Below are positions 42,084-53,249 of a stretch of DNA of 64,000 bases, one piece after another. The position numbers were made by a program, and so were the translations under genes. Source of the DNA: Candidatus Bathyarchaeota archaeon (lineage in GTDB: Archaea > Thermoproteota > Bathyarchaeia > Bathyarchaeales > DTEX01); assembly GCA_963714275.1 (NCBI GenBank), contig CAVQNT010000007.1, positions 128,001 through 192,000 on the forward strand, given 5' to 3'. The number at the start of each line of letters is the position of its first letter. The first letter of the stretch is position 1. Under the pieces are notes generated by a model, which was not told the origin of the DNA, did no database searches, and worked only from the letters and a program-made list of their open reading frames with translations.

Positions 42084-43079
42084 TCATGTCCGCTGTGTTC
42101 TGTACATTGTGAAGCTTAGGACGCCGTTTCTGTAGAGCAGGTTTTCGATTTTTGGCTTTACAGGAACAGGGAGAGAGACCTGCCTGAAAAATTTCATGTC
42201 CATATAATCGGATGATATGACTACTTCGTGTTCTGAAACTTCGATTTTTATGTCTTTAGGGTCCAGCCCCGGCAGGTTAGCCAGAACCGTTATTCTGTCT
42301 TCGTCCACAAGAACGTCCACTAATGGCGAAATGACCATAGGAGATGAAACCGAGGCTGGCAGCTGCTCCTCAGGAACTATATGCTGTCTCTTTTTTGGCT
42401 TAACACTCATAACTTTAACAACCGCCATTCCTAGAGCGAAGCCTCCTATATGAGCCCAAAACGCCACGGACGAGGAGAGCCCAAAGAATGAACCTAATCC
42501 CATCAGAACTTGGTATAGAAACCAGAATCCTAGATAGTAGAAGGCTGGAATTTTTGTGAATGTTATGATGTAGACAATGTACACCACCGTTCTTATCCGA
42601 GCCTGCGGAAAAAGAAGAATGTAGGCTCCCAAAACAGCCGAAATTGCTCCCGAAGCGCCGATTGATGGTATAGCTAATTCTGGCGTAATGTAATTGCCAA
42701 GGTTAATGTAGCCCGAGATAAGGGCTGATGCGATGTGCGAAAATTCGGCGAACAAGCCCCCAATCAAGTAAAACAGTAGAAACTTCACGTGACCAAAGGT
42801 GTCTTCAACGTTGTCGCCGAAAATCCAAAGAAAAACCATGTTGCTTCCAATGTGCATGATGTCGGCGTGCAGAAACATGCTTGTAAAAAGGGTTTCCAGC
42901 CTTTCGCCTCGGATTATGTTTTCTGGGATAGTCCCATAAGTATAGAAAATGTCATATTGTGATTCTGGCTGAAGAAACATTAAGATGAAGACAGCGACGT
43001 TGATGGCGACCAGTCCCCAAGTCACATAGGGTTTCCGAGTCGGTCGATTCTCATCTTGGATGGGAAAAACAGCGACCAT
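42084..43079 (-). CDS. Rhomboid protease with C-terminal Hsp20-like domain
   Basis: SMFLHA..HI.SNM, GASGAIS, AFWAHIGG; C-terminal VLANLPG...NGVLSF. Confidence 0.9.
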   Translation of the reverse strand: MVAVFPIQDENRPTRKPYVTWGLVAINVAVFILMFLQPESQYDIFYTYGTIPENIIRGERLETLFTSMFLHADIMHIGSNMVFLWIFGDNVEDTFGHVKFLLFYLIGGLFAEFSHIASALISGYINLGNYITPELAIPSIGASGAISAVLGAYILLFPQARIRTVVYIVYIITFTKIPAFYYLGFWFLYQVLMGLGSFFGLSSSVAFWAHIGGFALGMAVVKVMSVKPKKRQHIVPEEQLPASVSSPMVISPLVDVLVDEDRITVLANLPGLDPKDIKIEVSEHEVVISSDYMDMKFFRQVSLPVPVKPKIENLLYRNGVLSFTMYRTQRT

Positions 43080-43201
43080 CCGCTCAACCTCGCAGTCAAT
43101 AGCACCTTTTCTATACGAACATTAGAAACATAAAGGCTAAATAGTTTGGCTTCTTTTCCGCCATTACAATTTCTTGTTAAATAAGAATATCTGGTTGATT
43201 T

Positions 43202-44314
43202 TCATTTATGCCATGTCAGAAGATTTTCAATCATCCGTTTATAGACTTGTATGCTTGCAGCGTATTCTGAGAGTTCAATGCGTTCATTTTTTGTGTGGCT
43301 TAACCTTGAGTCTCCAGGACCATACGTTATAGAAGGAACTCCAGTCTTAGCCCCAAAGATGTTCATGTCTCCTGTGCCTGTTTTTTTAAGGAATTTTAAT
43401 GGTCCATCAGTGACTTCCACGATGGCTTTCTCCAATGCTTTTACCAAAAGCGTGGTTCTGTCAGCCACAAACGGCTCAACCTCATCCAAGACCATCGAAG
43501 CAACAGACACGTTGGGACAGTCAGAATGAAAGTCGTCAATGACTTTTTCAATAAAGTTTTCACACAAATTCGTTTTTACTGATGGAGGAAGTCTAATATC
43601 AACGTTAAAAAGGCACACGTCTGGAATACCGCCTGAAGTCCGTTGGCTGCTAACTTTAATTAAGCATGGAGTAATCGAATAAAAAATTCCTTGGGGTGAT
43701 TGAAATTCAGTGCAAGCGGTCTTAATTTTGTTCCACAGTTCAAAGCCTTTTTCGATTGCGTTTTCGAGAAGATGTTGGGCGCCGACATGTCCAGAGGTCG
43801 TCTGACATTTTATTCGAAAATGTACTTTTCCTTTATAGGCGAATGTTATGTTCTTTGCTCCACTTGGTTCCCCGAAGATGGCATAATCCACGTCTAATTT
43901 TTCATGTAACAGTTGGCGAATTCCTTTTGATGTTTTTTCCTCTTCGACAACTCCAGCTACGATTATTCTGCCTTTATTAAGGGTAGACTTGATGTCTGAG
44001 GATGCTGAAACCATGGCTGCCAAGGATGATTTTGCGTCGACAGCTCCTCTTCCATGTAGCCAATTGTTTTCCTTTTTTACTGGTATCCAGCCTGGAACAG
44101 TATCCATGTGACCGCAAAGAAGAATGGTCGGAGTCCCAGAACCAAATTCTGCGTAAACATTTCCAGCCTTGTCTGTCCGAACTTTCTCAAAGCCATATCT
44201 AACAAGTTTGTCTTGTAGAAAAGTTGCCAGTTTTTGTTCTTTTCCGCTTGGGCTGTAGATTTGAAGCATCTCCTGAAGCAGTGAACAGAAGCTTCTTGAT
44301 CCAATTTGTTTCAC
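43202..44314 (-). CDS. lysK: [LysW]-lysine/ornithine hydrolase
   Basis: GHMDTVPG, GRGAVDAK, GTGDMN, YGPGDS; operon context. Confidence 0.9.
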   Translation of the reverse strand: MKQIGSRSFCSLLQEMLQIYSPSGKEQKLATFLQDKLVRYGFEKVRTDKAGNVYAEFGSGTPTILLCGHMDTVPGWIPVKKENNWLHGRGAVDAKSSLAAMVSASSDIKSTLNKGRIIVAGVVEEEKTSKGIRQLLHEKLDVDYAIFGEPSGAKNITFAYKGKVHFRIKCQTTSGHVGAQHLLENAIEKGFELWNKIKTACTEFQSPQGIFYSITPCLIKVSSQRTSGGIPDVCLFNVDIRLPPSVKTNLCENFIEKVIDDFHSDCPNVSVASMVLDEVEPFVADRTTLLVKALEKAIVEVTDGPLKFLKKTGTGDMNIFGAKTGVPSITYGPGDSRLSHTKNERIELSEYAASIQVYKRMIENLLTWHK

Positions 44315-45558
44315 TCTTTAACTTGAGTTAGCTGAGTAATTCTTGAAACTTTTTTTTGGGCTTTGAGGATTTTCTTTTCTTCCTCTGACAAAATGTTTTT
44401 CAGGATTTCAGATGCCTTCTCGAGCTGGTTCATCTCTATTACGAGGGGAGGAAGGAAGCGGATGACGGTCTTACCTGCATACAAAAGGAGTAAACCTCTG
44501 TTAAGAGCATCCGTTAACATGTCGCCTATGAAGGTTCTGGACTCAAGCCCAATCATCAAGCCTAAGCCCCTGACTTCGCGTAGAATACGAAGATTGATTA
44601 CCATTTCCTGCAAAATTTTGATGAATTTGTCTCCGAGGTCTCGAGCTCTGTCAGGCAGTTTTTCGTCGACTATTGCGTCAATCGTTGCAGACGCAGCTGC
44701 GCACGCAAGAGGGTTTCCGCCGAAAGTGCTCGAATGTTCCCCGACCTCAAGAGAGTCCATAATTTCGTCCTTTGCAATTGTGGCACCGATCGGTATACCC
44801 CCGCCCATCGCCTTTGAGACACACATTATGTCAGGCGTAACGCCCCAATGTTGAGACGCCCACATCCGTCCAGTTCGTCCGAACCCTGTTTGAACCTCGT
44901 CGAAGATGAGTACGACGCCTTTTTCGTCGCAAAGGTCCCTCAGTGCCTTCAGGTAACCGTCAGGAGCAACGTAAACTCCGCCTTCGCCCTGAACAGGCTC
45001 AACGATGACGGCTGCAGTTTTTTCAGTGACTGCTTCTTGGACTTTCTCGATTTTTCCGAACGGTACAAACTTGAAATTTTGTTCAATCAGATGCTGGAAG
45101 GAATTTCTATACTTGGGATTATGCGTTGCAGATAAGGCTCCGAGGGTTTTTCCGTGGAACCCTCTTGTCATACTTATGACTTCAGTCTTCTGAGTGTATT
45201 TCACCGCAGCCTTTAGGGCGCACTCGACCGATTCAGCTCCGCTGTTACATAGGAAGACTTTGTTCAGCCCTTTGGGACATATCTTGACGAGCTTGTCGAC
45301 GAGCTCAGCCCTTTTGTCATTGTAGAATGAGCCGTGGCATGAAATCAGCTTCTCGCACTGTTCCCGAATGGCAGCCACAACCTTCGGGTGACAATGGCCA
45401 ACTAAACTAACGCCGTAACTGCTCATGCAGTCGATGTATGCTTTCCCGTTCGCGTCCCAAACTGTTGCCCCCTTACCCTTAACTAGAGCGACAGGAAACT
45501 TTTGGTAAACACCTGCGAGATGGGCATTCTCAGCTGCAATTATTTCGGCTTCATACAA
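44311..45558 (-). CDS. lysJ: [LysW]-aminoadipate semialdehyde transaminase
   Basis: Class III aminotransferase motifs DEVQTGFGRTG and STFGGNP. Confidence 0.9.
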   Translation of the reverse strand: MYEAEIIAAENAHLAGVYQKFPVALVKGKGATVWDANGKAYIDCMSSYGVSLVGHCHPKVVAAIREQCEKLISCHGSFYNDKRAELVDKLVKICPKGLNKVFLCNSGAESVECALKAAVKYTQKTEVISMTRGFHGKTLGALSATHNPKYRNSFQHLIEQNFKFVPFGKIEKVQEAVTEKTAAVIVEPVQGEGGVYVAPDGYLKALRDLCDEKGVVLIFDEVQTGFGRTGRMWASQHWGVTPDIMCVSKAMGGGIPIGATIAKDEIMDSLEVGEHSSTFGGNPLACAAASATIDAIVDEKLPDRARDLGDKFIKILQEMVINLRILREVRGLGLMIGLESRTFIGDMLTDALNRGLLLLYAGKTVIRFLPPLVIEMNQLEKASEILKNILSEEEKKILKAQKKVSRITQLTQVKE

Positions 45559-46357
45559 CAGTGATCACGGTTCCATTCTTGTGAGTTAATACGCTGGTGA
45601 TAGGTTCCACTACTAGGCCTGAGGAAATAATGGCTTCTTTAGCTCCAGCCTTTAAGGCTTCAATCGAGGCTAGAACCTTCTTGTCCATCCCTGCCCCTAT
45701 TCTTGGCAAAAGACTCTCCGCTTCCTTCATAGACAAAGCCTTAACGAACTCGCCTTTCATGAGAAGCCCCTGAACATCAGTTAAGAAGACAGCCTTGTCA
45801 GCCTTTAGTGCCCCTGCTATCTGGGCAGCTGCTCTGTCGGCGTCAACATTCAGGAATTCGTAGTCTTCTCCAAGGGCTATCGGTGATACTACTGGAACGT
45901 AACCTTTCTCGACAAGCAGTCCAAGGATACCTGTGTCAACTTTAGCGATCCTCCCGGTGTAACCGCCATCAATAACGCGTTTCCTGTTGCGTTCATCGAT
46001 TATGACCAGTTTTTTCTTGCGTTCAGCCCGAAGCATACCTGCGTCCAACCCAGCTAAGCCCACGGCGTTGATGCCCTTGCTTAATAGCCAACGGACTATT
46101 GCTTTGTTTATTTTTCCCGCCATAACCATCGTGAAAATTTCAACTGTCTCTTCATCCGTGTATCTGCTTCTAATGCCACTGGGTGAGGTGATGAAAGTTT
46201 GTTGTTTACCCAGTTTTTGAGCAATCGACGTTACCTCGTCTCCTCCCCCATGCACAATGACGAGCTTTTCGTTTTCTAAGACCTTCTTAATGTCGTCCGT
46301 AAGTTCGAGAGTAAGCCCTTTTTGATAGATATCGCCGCCTATCTTCACAACGATCAA
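45551..46357 (-). CDS. lysZ: [LysW]-aminoadipate/glutamate kinase
   Basis: VKIGG, VHGGG, SRYTD, NVDADRAA. Confidence 0.92.
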   Translation of the reverse strand: MIVVKIGGDIYQKGLTLELTDDIKKVLENEKLVIVHGGGDEVTSIAQKLGKQQTFITSPSGIRSRYTDEETVEIFTMVMAGKINKAIVRWLLSKGINAVGLAGLDAGMLRAERKKKLVIIDERNRKRVIDGGYTGRIAKVDTGILGLLVEKGYVPVVSPIALGEDYEFLNVDADRAAAQIAGALKADKAVFLTDVQGLLMKGEFVKALSMKEAESLLPRIGAGMDKKVLASIEALKAGAKEAIISSGLVVEPITSVLTHKNGTVITVV

Positions 46358-46369
46358 GACTTTTCACCA

Positions 46370-47422
46370 TTAGACTGGATGCAAACCTGAATCCCACAAG
46401 CCTTCTTTTTCGTCCCATCCGCACATTAAGTTCATGTCCTGCACCGCGGTTCCAGCTGAACCCTTCATCAAATTGTCGAGAGCGGAAAGTAGTACCAGCC
46501 TATCTGAGTTTTCGTCAACCTCGAACCCTATGTCGCAGTAGTTGGACCCAACAACAATCTTTGGGTCAGGATATCGGAAAACGCCTTTTCTATCTCGAAC
46601 AAGCCTAATGAAAGGTTCCTGTCCATAGAAACCTCGGTAAATGCGCCAAATTTCGGGTACAGGTATGGGAGTTTTTAGGAAAACGTGACAGGTTCCTAAG
46701 ATTCCTCGAACCATATTAACCGCATGCGCAGACATGGCAATAACCACTTTTTCCTGAGCTATTAGGCTGACTCCTGCTCCATTTCAGCTGTATGTCGATG
46801 TCCCACGGGCTTGTACGGTCTGACGACGCTGTAATGTTCAGGATGATGGGAAGAAAGTGAAGGTTTGCCTCCTGCGCCGGATGAACCTACCTTAAAGTCA
46901 GCAACTATCCTGTTTTTTTCGATGCTCCCAGACTTTACAATCGGAGGCTAAAGCCAATATGCCTGTTGCAGCCATGCATCCGGGAGCAGCCACCAGCTGA
47001 GCATTCTTTATCTCGTCTCTGTGAAGCTCTGGGAGACCATAAACCGCCTTTTCCAGCAGTTCGGGGCATCTGTGATTCCAGCTGTACCATTTCACATAAT
47101 CTTCTGGATTTTTTAGTCTAAAGTCAGCACTTGCATCAATTACCTTTAAGCCTGTTTCGACGATTTTGGGCATAAAACCAGAGGAGATTCCATGCGGCGT
47201 AGCTACAAATAGCAGGTCACAACCGCCGACGATTTTTGTGGGTTCAGACATTACAAATTTAAGATTAGTTTGCCCTCTGAGGTTAGGGTGAACATGGTGA
47301 ATGAATTCGCCAGCGTAACTGTTAGAGGTGGCAGCAGCAACCTCAACCTTAGGATGTCTCAACAAGAGGCGAAGAAGCTCTCCGCCCACGTAACCGGAAG
47401 CGCCAAGAATAGCGACTTTCAC
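46370..47422 (-). CDS. lysY: [LysW]-aminoadipate phosphate reductase (frameshifts in 46750-46950)
   Basis: GASGYVGGEL, DASADFRL, YGLPE, DNLMKGSAG. Confidence 0.92.
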
Positions 47423-48283
47423 TTTTTGTTCACCTCAACTGCGTATTTTATGATTTTACCCGGAATGTCAACCTTTGTCGCTGAGTATAATCCTCTGAAC
47501 TCGACAGTACTGTTAACCTCATGAACCATTATTCCCTTCGAAGATTCCATGCAGTCAACAGCAAGGACGCCTCCGCCTACGGTTTTGGCAGCCTTTAACG
47601 CGATGTTTTCAAGTTCTCCTGTGACTGGGCAAGGCTCGCTTATTCCTCCTCTGGCAACGTTTGTTCTCCACTCGTCCTGAGGGGAATACCTGTACGAAGC
47701 CGCGACCACCTCGTTTCCGATAACGAGGATTCTTAGGTCTCTAGGTGGACGTTTCACGTACTCCTGAAGGTAATATGTCTGAAGCAAAGCGTTGTTCATT
47801 TGTTCTCTCGATTCTACGATGGCTTGGGCTGAGTCCCTGTCTCGAACCAAGGCTATGAGCCGCCCCCAGCTTCCCACGACAGGTTTTGAGACAGCGGGGT
47901 AGCCGAGGTTTTCAAGGGCTTTGTGCACGCCTTCTTCCGTGAAAGCCACAAGAGTCTTAGGCGTCGGAATCCCCGCTTTAGTTAAAGCCAGCGTCGTATA
48001 CAGACTTGTTCCCGCATGTCAACGAAACGTTTAATGGGTTGATCACGTGTAACCCAGAATTTTCAAGCACCGCTGTCACATGTAAGCCTCTGAAATAGCT
48101 TACACAACGTTGGATGACTACCTCGCCATATTCTGCCTTCATTTTTTTCGGATTAATGGCAGTATCCAAAAACGTAGCTTTAGGATCAACGAGCTTCAGT
48201 TCTACTCCAGCCTTAGCTGCGGAACGAATTAAGGCCTTCTCGTCCCATCGGATCCTGTCATAAACGAGCCCTATCTTGTTCAT
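47419..48283 (-). CDS. lysX: LysX/ArgX ATP-grasp ligase (frameshift near 47995)
   Basis: RIRWDEK, QRCVSYFRG, KPVVGSWGR, EVNSTVEF. Confidence 0.92.
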
Positions 48284-48289
48284 CGGGTT

Positions 48290-48490
48290 TTATTCGCCCC
48301 AGTCCTCTCCTTCGATTTCCGCCGTTCCAAGGCTTACCTTGCCATCGGAGCTGAGCTTCACTTCGTAATCCATTCCGCAGTCTGGGCAGCTCACAATTTC
48401 GCCTGAGATCACATCTTCTGGAATTTCGAGTTCAGCGTCGCATTCTGGACATTTTAACTGGAAGGTTAATGCCTCCTTACTTTGTCCCAT
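48290..48490 (-). CDS. lysW: Amino-group carrier protein LysW
   Basis: CPEC...CPDCG, C-terminal EDWGE. Confidence 0.97.
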   Translation of the reverse strand: MGQSKEALTFQLKCPECDAELEIPEDVISGEIVSCPDCGMDYEVKLSSDGKVSLGTAEIEGEDWGE

Positions 48491-48598
48491 TACGAAGGTT
48501 ATGATTTTCTTATAAACTTTTCGGAAAAATGAAGATTCTTTAGAAAATGATTTATATAGCTGTTTTTTCTTTAATCAATTTGTGTTGGAGGACTTGAC

Positions 48599-49051
48599 AT
48601 GTCCGAGGGACTTGACAACATAGACAGGGCAATTCTTGAGACTCTTCAAGACGACGCAAGAACAGCTTTAAGAAAGATCGCTGAAAAAACTGGCGTCAGC
48701 GAAGCAACAATTTTTGCTAGAGTCAAGAAGCTTCAGGAAAAAGGCATAATAAAAAGGTTCACAGCGCTTGTCTCACCTGAACTACTGGGAAAAAGTCTTA
48801 CGGCTTTCGTTCTCATAAATACGAACCCGAAAAGTTTGCAGACGGTTCTCGCCTCGTTGCAGGGCATGGAAGACGTTTATGAAGCATATGACATCACTGG
48901 GTCTTTTTATGCCATTGCCAAAATTCGTGCAAGCAGTCGTGAGGAACTGGCGAAATTAATCGACCAAATAGGGTCAATCGATGGCGTGACAAGCACAGAA
49001 ACCGCTATTGTTCTACGATGCATCAAAGAGGAGACTCGAGTAAAAATATAA
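48599..49051 (+). CDS. Lrp/AsnC regulator divergent from the lys operon
   Basis: LDNIDRAIL...DAR...IAEKTGVSEATI. Confidence 0.92.
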   Translation: MSEGLDNIDRAILETLQDDARTALRKIAEKTGVSEATIFARVKKLQEKGIIKRFTALVSPELLGKSLTAFVLINTNPKSLQTVLASLQGMEDVYEAYDITGSFYAIAKIRASSREELAKLIDQIGSIDGVTSTETAIVLRCIKEETRVKI

Positions 49052-49245
49052 TTTTTCAATTGCCCATTGTGTTTTTTGATGCCTTTAGAAAAGTTTCGGA
49101 AATATCACATAATTATTTTACTAGCTAACCAGAGTCCTCATAAAGCCATGTCACATTTATAAGCGATTTTGAACCTTTGATGGATAACAATTTCCTGAGT
49201 AGAAAATCCTTTTTACCTTTCACAACAATATTTTTCTGGAAAAAA

Positions 49246-49872
49246 ATGAAAAAAAGAGACAAGAAAGTATCTGGTTCTAACCTTGGAAAAAATAAGGTCA
49301 TAATAGTCAGTGGCACACCTGGCGTTGGCAAGTCAACCGTCTCAAAGCAATTGTCATCCAACCTCAGCTGTGGACTTGTTTCTATTGGGGATTTAGTCAA
49401 GGACGAAGGTTTATACACTCAAGTAGACCGTAAAAGAGACACTTTAGTTGCTGACATGAACCAGATTTCGAAACGTATAAACGGTATCATTTCAAATTCT
49501 TCTGAAATGTTAATCGTTGAGGGTCATTATGCTGTTGACGTTGTTCCTCTGGAATCTGTTAGTCTAGTCTTTGTTTTAAGACGCGATCCTGAAGAATTAC
49601 GAGACATCCTTAGAAAACGTGGTTACGGAGAAGAAAAAGTCCGCGAAAATGTGGCCGCAGAGATTCTGGACGTTTGCTTATATGATGCTGTTGACAGATG
49701 CGGAGTCGAAAAAATCTGTGAGGTAAATGTTACAGGTCGAACAGCAGAAGAAGTAGTAAACGACGTTCAGCAAGTTCTTCAAGGAAAAAAGAAACATAAA
49801 ATTAGAACCGTTGATTGGCTTGGTAAACTGAATTTTGAGGGAAAACTTGACGAGTATTTGAAGGATTTTTGA
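49246..49872 (+). CDS. Adenylate kinase AK6/Fap7 family (start uncertain)
   Basis: SGTPGVGKST, IVEGH, RGYGEEKVREN. Confidence 0.88.
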   Translation: MKKRDKKVSGSNLGKNKVIIVSGTPGVGKSTVSKQLSSNLSCGLVSIGDLVKDEGLYTQVDRKRDTLVADMNQISKRINGIISNSSEMLIVEGHYAVDVVPLESVSLVFVLRRDPEELRDILRKRGYGEEKVRENVAAEILDVCLYDAVDRCGVEKICEVNVTGRTAEEVVNDVQQVLQGKKKHKIRTVDWLGKLNFEGKLDEYLKDF

Positions 49873-49918
49873 CTGCCAGGTTCTATCACTTAATGTAACA
49901 TTCATACCTAGGTTGTTG

Positions 49919-50491
49919 TTACCTGTCGAAAAAGATGTTTTTTCCTGTTAATGAAAGTGGAATGCCAATTATTACATCAGCGTCCAGAAGCTGTAAATCC
50001 TTGGCTGCTGCACCCGCTGTGTACATGATTCTGTTGTCGATGTTAAGTTCGCTAGCCATTCTTACCGCAGAGCCTAAGGCTATCCCCAAATCCATTGCCT
50101 CAAAAATGCATATTGGTCCAGCGTAATCTTCGCCCTTCTTTTTCTCTGCTTTAATGAAGTCAGCGCACGTTGCGTTGCCGCATGCTCCGCAGTTAAGCGG
50201 GTTTTCTGGAACCTTAGGCGTGGTTCCCTTGACTCCGATAAGCACTATTAACTGGGATTTTCTTATTGATTGGGCGTCTCTTTTGAATGCTGGAAGCGAG
50301 TTTCTTTTTTGTTCTACATGGCGTTCCATGGCGTCTGCTAGGTCATTTTTTTCTTTTCCTGAGATTATGGCTGTTGTTATCCTGTCGACTCCTCGACCTT
50401 TAGGCGCTGTCCTTGCGCTAGACGCAATAAGATTCGCGGCTTCAGCGATGGCTTGTTCCACAATTTGTTCGTCTCTTGTTATTGGCAACAT
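49919..50491 (-). CDS. DUF2148 ferredoxin-domain protein
   Basis: ARTAPKGRG, NCGACG..TC, DLGIALGSA, DNRIMY. Confidence 0.88.
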   Translation of the reverse strand: MLPITRDEQIVEQAIAEAANLIASSARTAPKGRGVDRITTAIISGKEKNDLADAMERHVEQKRNSLPAFKRDAQSIRKSQLIVLIGVKGTTPKVPENPLNCGACGNATCADFIKAEKKKGEDYAGPICIFEAMDLGIALGSAVRMASELNIDNRIMYTAGAAAKDLQLLDADVIIGIPLSLTGKNIFFDR

Positions 50492-50557
50492 TGTTACCTC
50501 TTTTATGTAAGTGTTTATTGTGTTTCTACCTTTATAATGATGGATCTAATTGATTTA

Positions 50558-50807
50558 CGCTAAATTTTACCTCTAAACTCAAACTTTTTCTTTTTTATTC
50601 TTTTTCTACCTTTCTCTGTATCCCATTAGACGTGTACATGGTTTAGTGTGTGTGTACTTGTACCAGTTCTCTTTTAGTACAGTACATTTCAACAGTGGTT
50701 TTGTATTTTGTATGTTTTTTTGTAGAGAGAGAGTATAAGTTAGCTGACTATGAGAGTAAGGGAGAGAAAAGGCGTGAGTTAAAGGAAGGAGGAGTCAAAA
50801 TTTGATC
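50558..50807. mobile_element. Non-coding ~250-bp MITE-like unit bounded by degenerate core sites
   Basis: TAAATTTTA at the left, AGTCAAAATTTGATC at the right; first ~163 bp nearly identical to 59104-59267. Confidence 0.65.
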
Positions 50808-50838
50808 CACAAATATCTGACGTGCGTGTTGGCCCAGA

Positions 50839-51249
50839 TTACGGCTGCTTGAAGTCTACACTACTCTCAGGTTGTGTGCTTAACACCTGCTCAGCTGCAA
50901 CCGGTGCTTTAACCATAAATGATGTTTCTGTTCCGCTAACGCCATCGCTTGCTTTTACAGTGTACATTCCTGTTGTTGCATCAGGCCCGTAGGTTGTAAA
51001 GAAAAGTCCTTCCGCGCCAGATTCTATAAGCCAATTACTAAGAGTACCATCAGGCCTTATTACTTCAACATCAACCTTCGCATTTGACACGAAAAAAAAG
51101 CCAGAAATGGTGACCGTTTCATCAGGATCATAATTTGATTTATCCGTCGAAATTGCCGCAACAGTGCGAGAAGATTTCGTTACTATTACCACTGTTGACA
51201 ATAATGTCAGGAATACTATTAGTATCACGACCGAAACTCTGTTTTTCAA
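50839..51249 (-). CDS. Secreted Ig-like hypothetical protein (cassette cargo)
   Basis: Signal peptide; STDKSNYDPDETVTISG, RPDG, GMYTVKA. Confidence 0.7.
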   Translation of the reverse strand: MKNRVSVVILIVFLTLLSTVVIVTKSSRTVAAISTDKSNYDPDETVTISGFFFVSNAKVDVEVIRPDGTLSNWLIESGAEGLFFTTYGPDATTGMYTVKASDGVSGTETSFMVKAPVAAEQVLSTQPESSVDFKQP

Positions 51250-51430
51250 TTTTTCTCATCCCAAAGCACGCGCTTGTGCTCATATAGAATCTGTCTTCGG
51301 GCAGATAAGACTTATGGCAGAGGAGTCAGCTAGCTATTGAATTTACAGCCACTTGTGTATTTGTTTGTGTGATATACGGGATACATGCGTGGATACAAGT
51401 AGAAAGAAAGAATATATAAGAAGAAGAAAA

Positions 51431-51445
51431 GCTTAAAATTTAATT
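51431..51445. repeat. Core site GCTTAAAATTTAATT, preceded 67 bp upstream by TTTGTGTGATATACG
   Basis: 13/15 match. Confidence 0.7.
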
Positions 51446-51511
51446 CCTATAAACAAACGTTCAGATATTTAGTTTCTGTGCTAGTATTGCGGGCAAGTCT
51501 TAAATTCCGTT

Positions 51512-51964
51512 ATGGTAACAATTTTCATGATTAGAATGTCAGAGAAAGATGGGTTAAGTGTGCGTGAGCGAGCTCAGATTAAAGCAATTACTAGTTGGAC
51601 AGATGAGCAAATCAGTAATTTGTCACCAAAGATGTTAAAATTTTTAAAATTGGCTAAAACCCAAGATTACAAGATGATTGCTGAAGTCGTCCGGTCAGAA
51701 AATTGTAGTTTTAAACTAAAAAAGGGAGACAAGCTTGTTTTTGGTTCCGCAGGAATATTGCTTCGGGACGAATCTACTGCAAATCTGTGCCTCTGGGCAA
51801 TAGCTCCTCTACTACCATTTAACTACATGATTTACGACCGTCTTTACGAAGAACTTGATCCTAACGATATTTTTCCTGATCATGTTAAGTGTACTGATGT
51901 CGGAGTAGCGTGTGGCGGTTTTGGTGAAGTTCTCTTTAAAATCTCTTGCCAAAAAGAGAGATAG
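51512..51964 (+). CDS. Hypothetical Cys-motif protein (TIGR04076-like)
   Basis: AEVV...C...KKGDK, LCLWA, CTD...G.VLFKI. Confidence 0.7.
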   Translation: MVTIFMIRMSEKDGLSVRERAQIKAITSWTDEQISNLSPKMLKFLKLAKTQDYKMIAEVVRSENCSFKLKKGDKLVFGSAGILLRDESTANLCLWAIAPLLPFNYMIYDRLYEELDPNDIFPDHVKCTDVGVACGGFGEVLFKISCQKER

Positions 51965-52279
51965 TCACTCAGCAATGCCCTAAATAGGAAATATGTTGCT
52001 AAATCAAAAAGTAAAAAGCCTTCTTGAAAGGCTGGAGAAAGAAGATTGACGCCAAATTCGTTTAAGCCACCTAAAATTGTTGAGTTTGAAAAGGAAAAAT
52101 ATAATATTACATGAAATTCACAAAAAAAATTTTAGTGAAGGTCTAATTAGTTTAAATTGTAAACTTTTATGATGTCATTTATTTATTTTTTCAGTGGGCA
52201 TTAGAACCTTTCATATAATGATATTTATAAACAAGGCTTCCTACTATATTGTAATACAACGTGTGAGGAAGATAAAGTT

Positions 52280-52567
52280 TTGTCTAGAGAACCAGAAGTA
52301 ATGTTTGTAGGCATAAAACCGCCGATGAGCTATGTTTTGGGTATCATCACCGTTTTTAGTAAATCGGACATTAAAGAAGTTACGTTGAAGGCGAGAGGAC
52401 AAGCGATAAACACCGCTGTTGACGCAGCTGAAATTGCTAGGCATAGATTCATGAAAGAACTGAATGTAAGCAAAATCAGTATAGGAACGGAAGAGATGCC
52501 ATCGAGAGAAGATGGAAATAAAAACAGAAACATATCAACTATCGCAATAACCTTGACACGGCAGTAA
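52280..52567 (+). CDS. albA: Alba chromatin protein
   Basis: VGIKPPMSYV, LKARGQAINTAVDAAE, IGTE. Confidence 0.92.
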   Translation: MSREPEVMFVGIKPPMSYVLGIITVFSKSDIKEVTLKARGQAINTAVDAAEIARHRFMKELNVSKISIGTEEMPSREDGNKNRNISTIAITLTRQ

Positions 52568-52632
52568 GCCAGTCAGCTAGAGAAAGAAGAAGCGTTGAAC
52601 GAAGAAAATAATACCTATCCGTTCTTGCCAAT

Positions 52633-52869
52633 TTAGATTCTGATGAGGAAAACCATGTCCTTGGTATAGATTTTTCTTTCTTCAGTAGCGTGGTTTCTGT
52701 ATGGCAAGCTGGATTTTGTGCGGATAGCCACTTTCTCTATTTTAACGAAGTGGTCATGTGTGCACTTGACTGCTATGACTTTCTCGCTTTCGCTGATCCA
52801 CACTATGTGGGCATTATGTCCCTCAGGACATTTATAAACGTCTCCAACCTTCAAATCCATTCTTGTCAA
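52633..52869 (-). CDS. Small hypothetical protein
   Basis: ORF with CPEGH motif. Confidence 0.55.
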   Translation of the reverse strand: MTRMDLKVGDVYKCPEGHNAHIVWISESEKVIAVKCTHDHFVKIEKVAIRTKSSLPYRNHATEERKIYTKDMVFLIRI

Positions 52870-53138
52870 CCTTCAAAACAATCCTTTTTAGTGATTGTTA
52901 ACCCGAGATAAGAACCCTTTCCTTCTTGATTATACGGAGTATTTCTTGCGTCGCCAAAGATATTTGGTGGCTGCAAGATCAAAGGGATCAATATCTTTTA
53001 TACGGTTTTGATTAAGACTAGGACTTTCAATATATCATAGTCTGGAATAAAAACCATTAGTGAGCTAGAACGTTTTTGTGTGATATACGATATACTGAGC
53101 AAACAGAAGCGGATAAGAAATAAAAAAAGAGAGAGAAA

Positions 53139-53170
53139 GATTAGATTTTAGTCCAACCAACCAACCAACA
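53139..53170. repeat. Core site GATTAGATTTTAGTC + (CCAA)n
   Basis: 13/15 match; the upstream 65 bp is homologous to 59263-59328. Confidence 0.75.
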
Positions 53171-53249
53171 CAAGACTTTGATGCTCAACACACCTCAAGG
53201 GCATGTGAACAAAAACTTTTATTGACTGACTATCATTCTTAATATCGAA

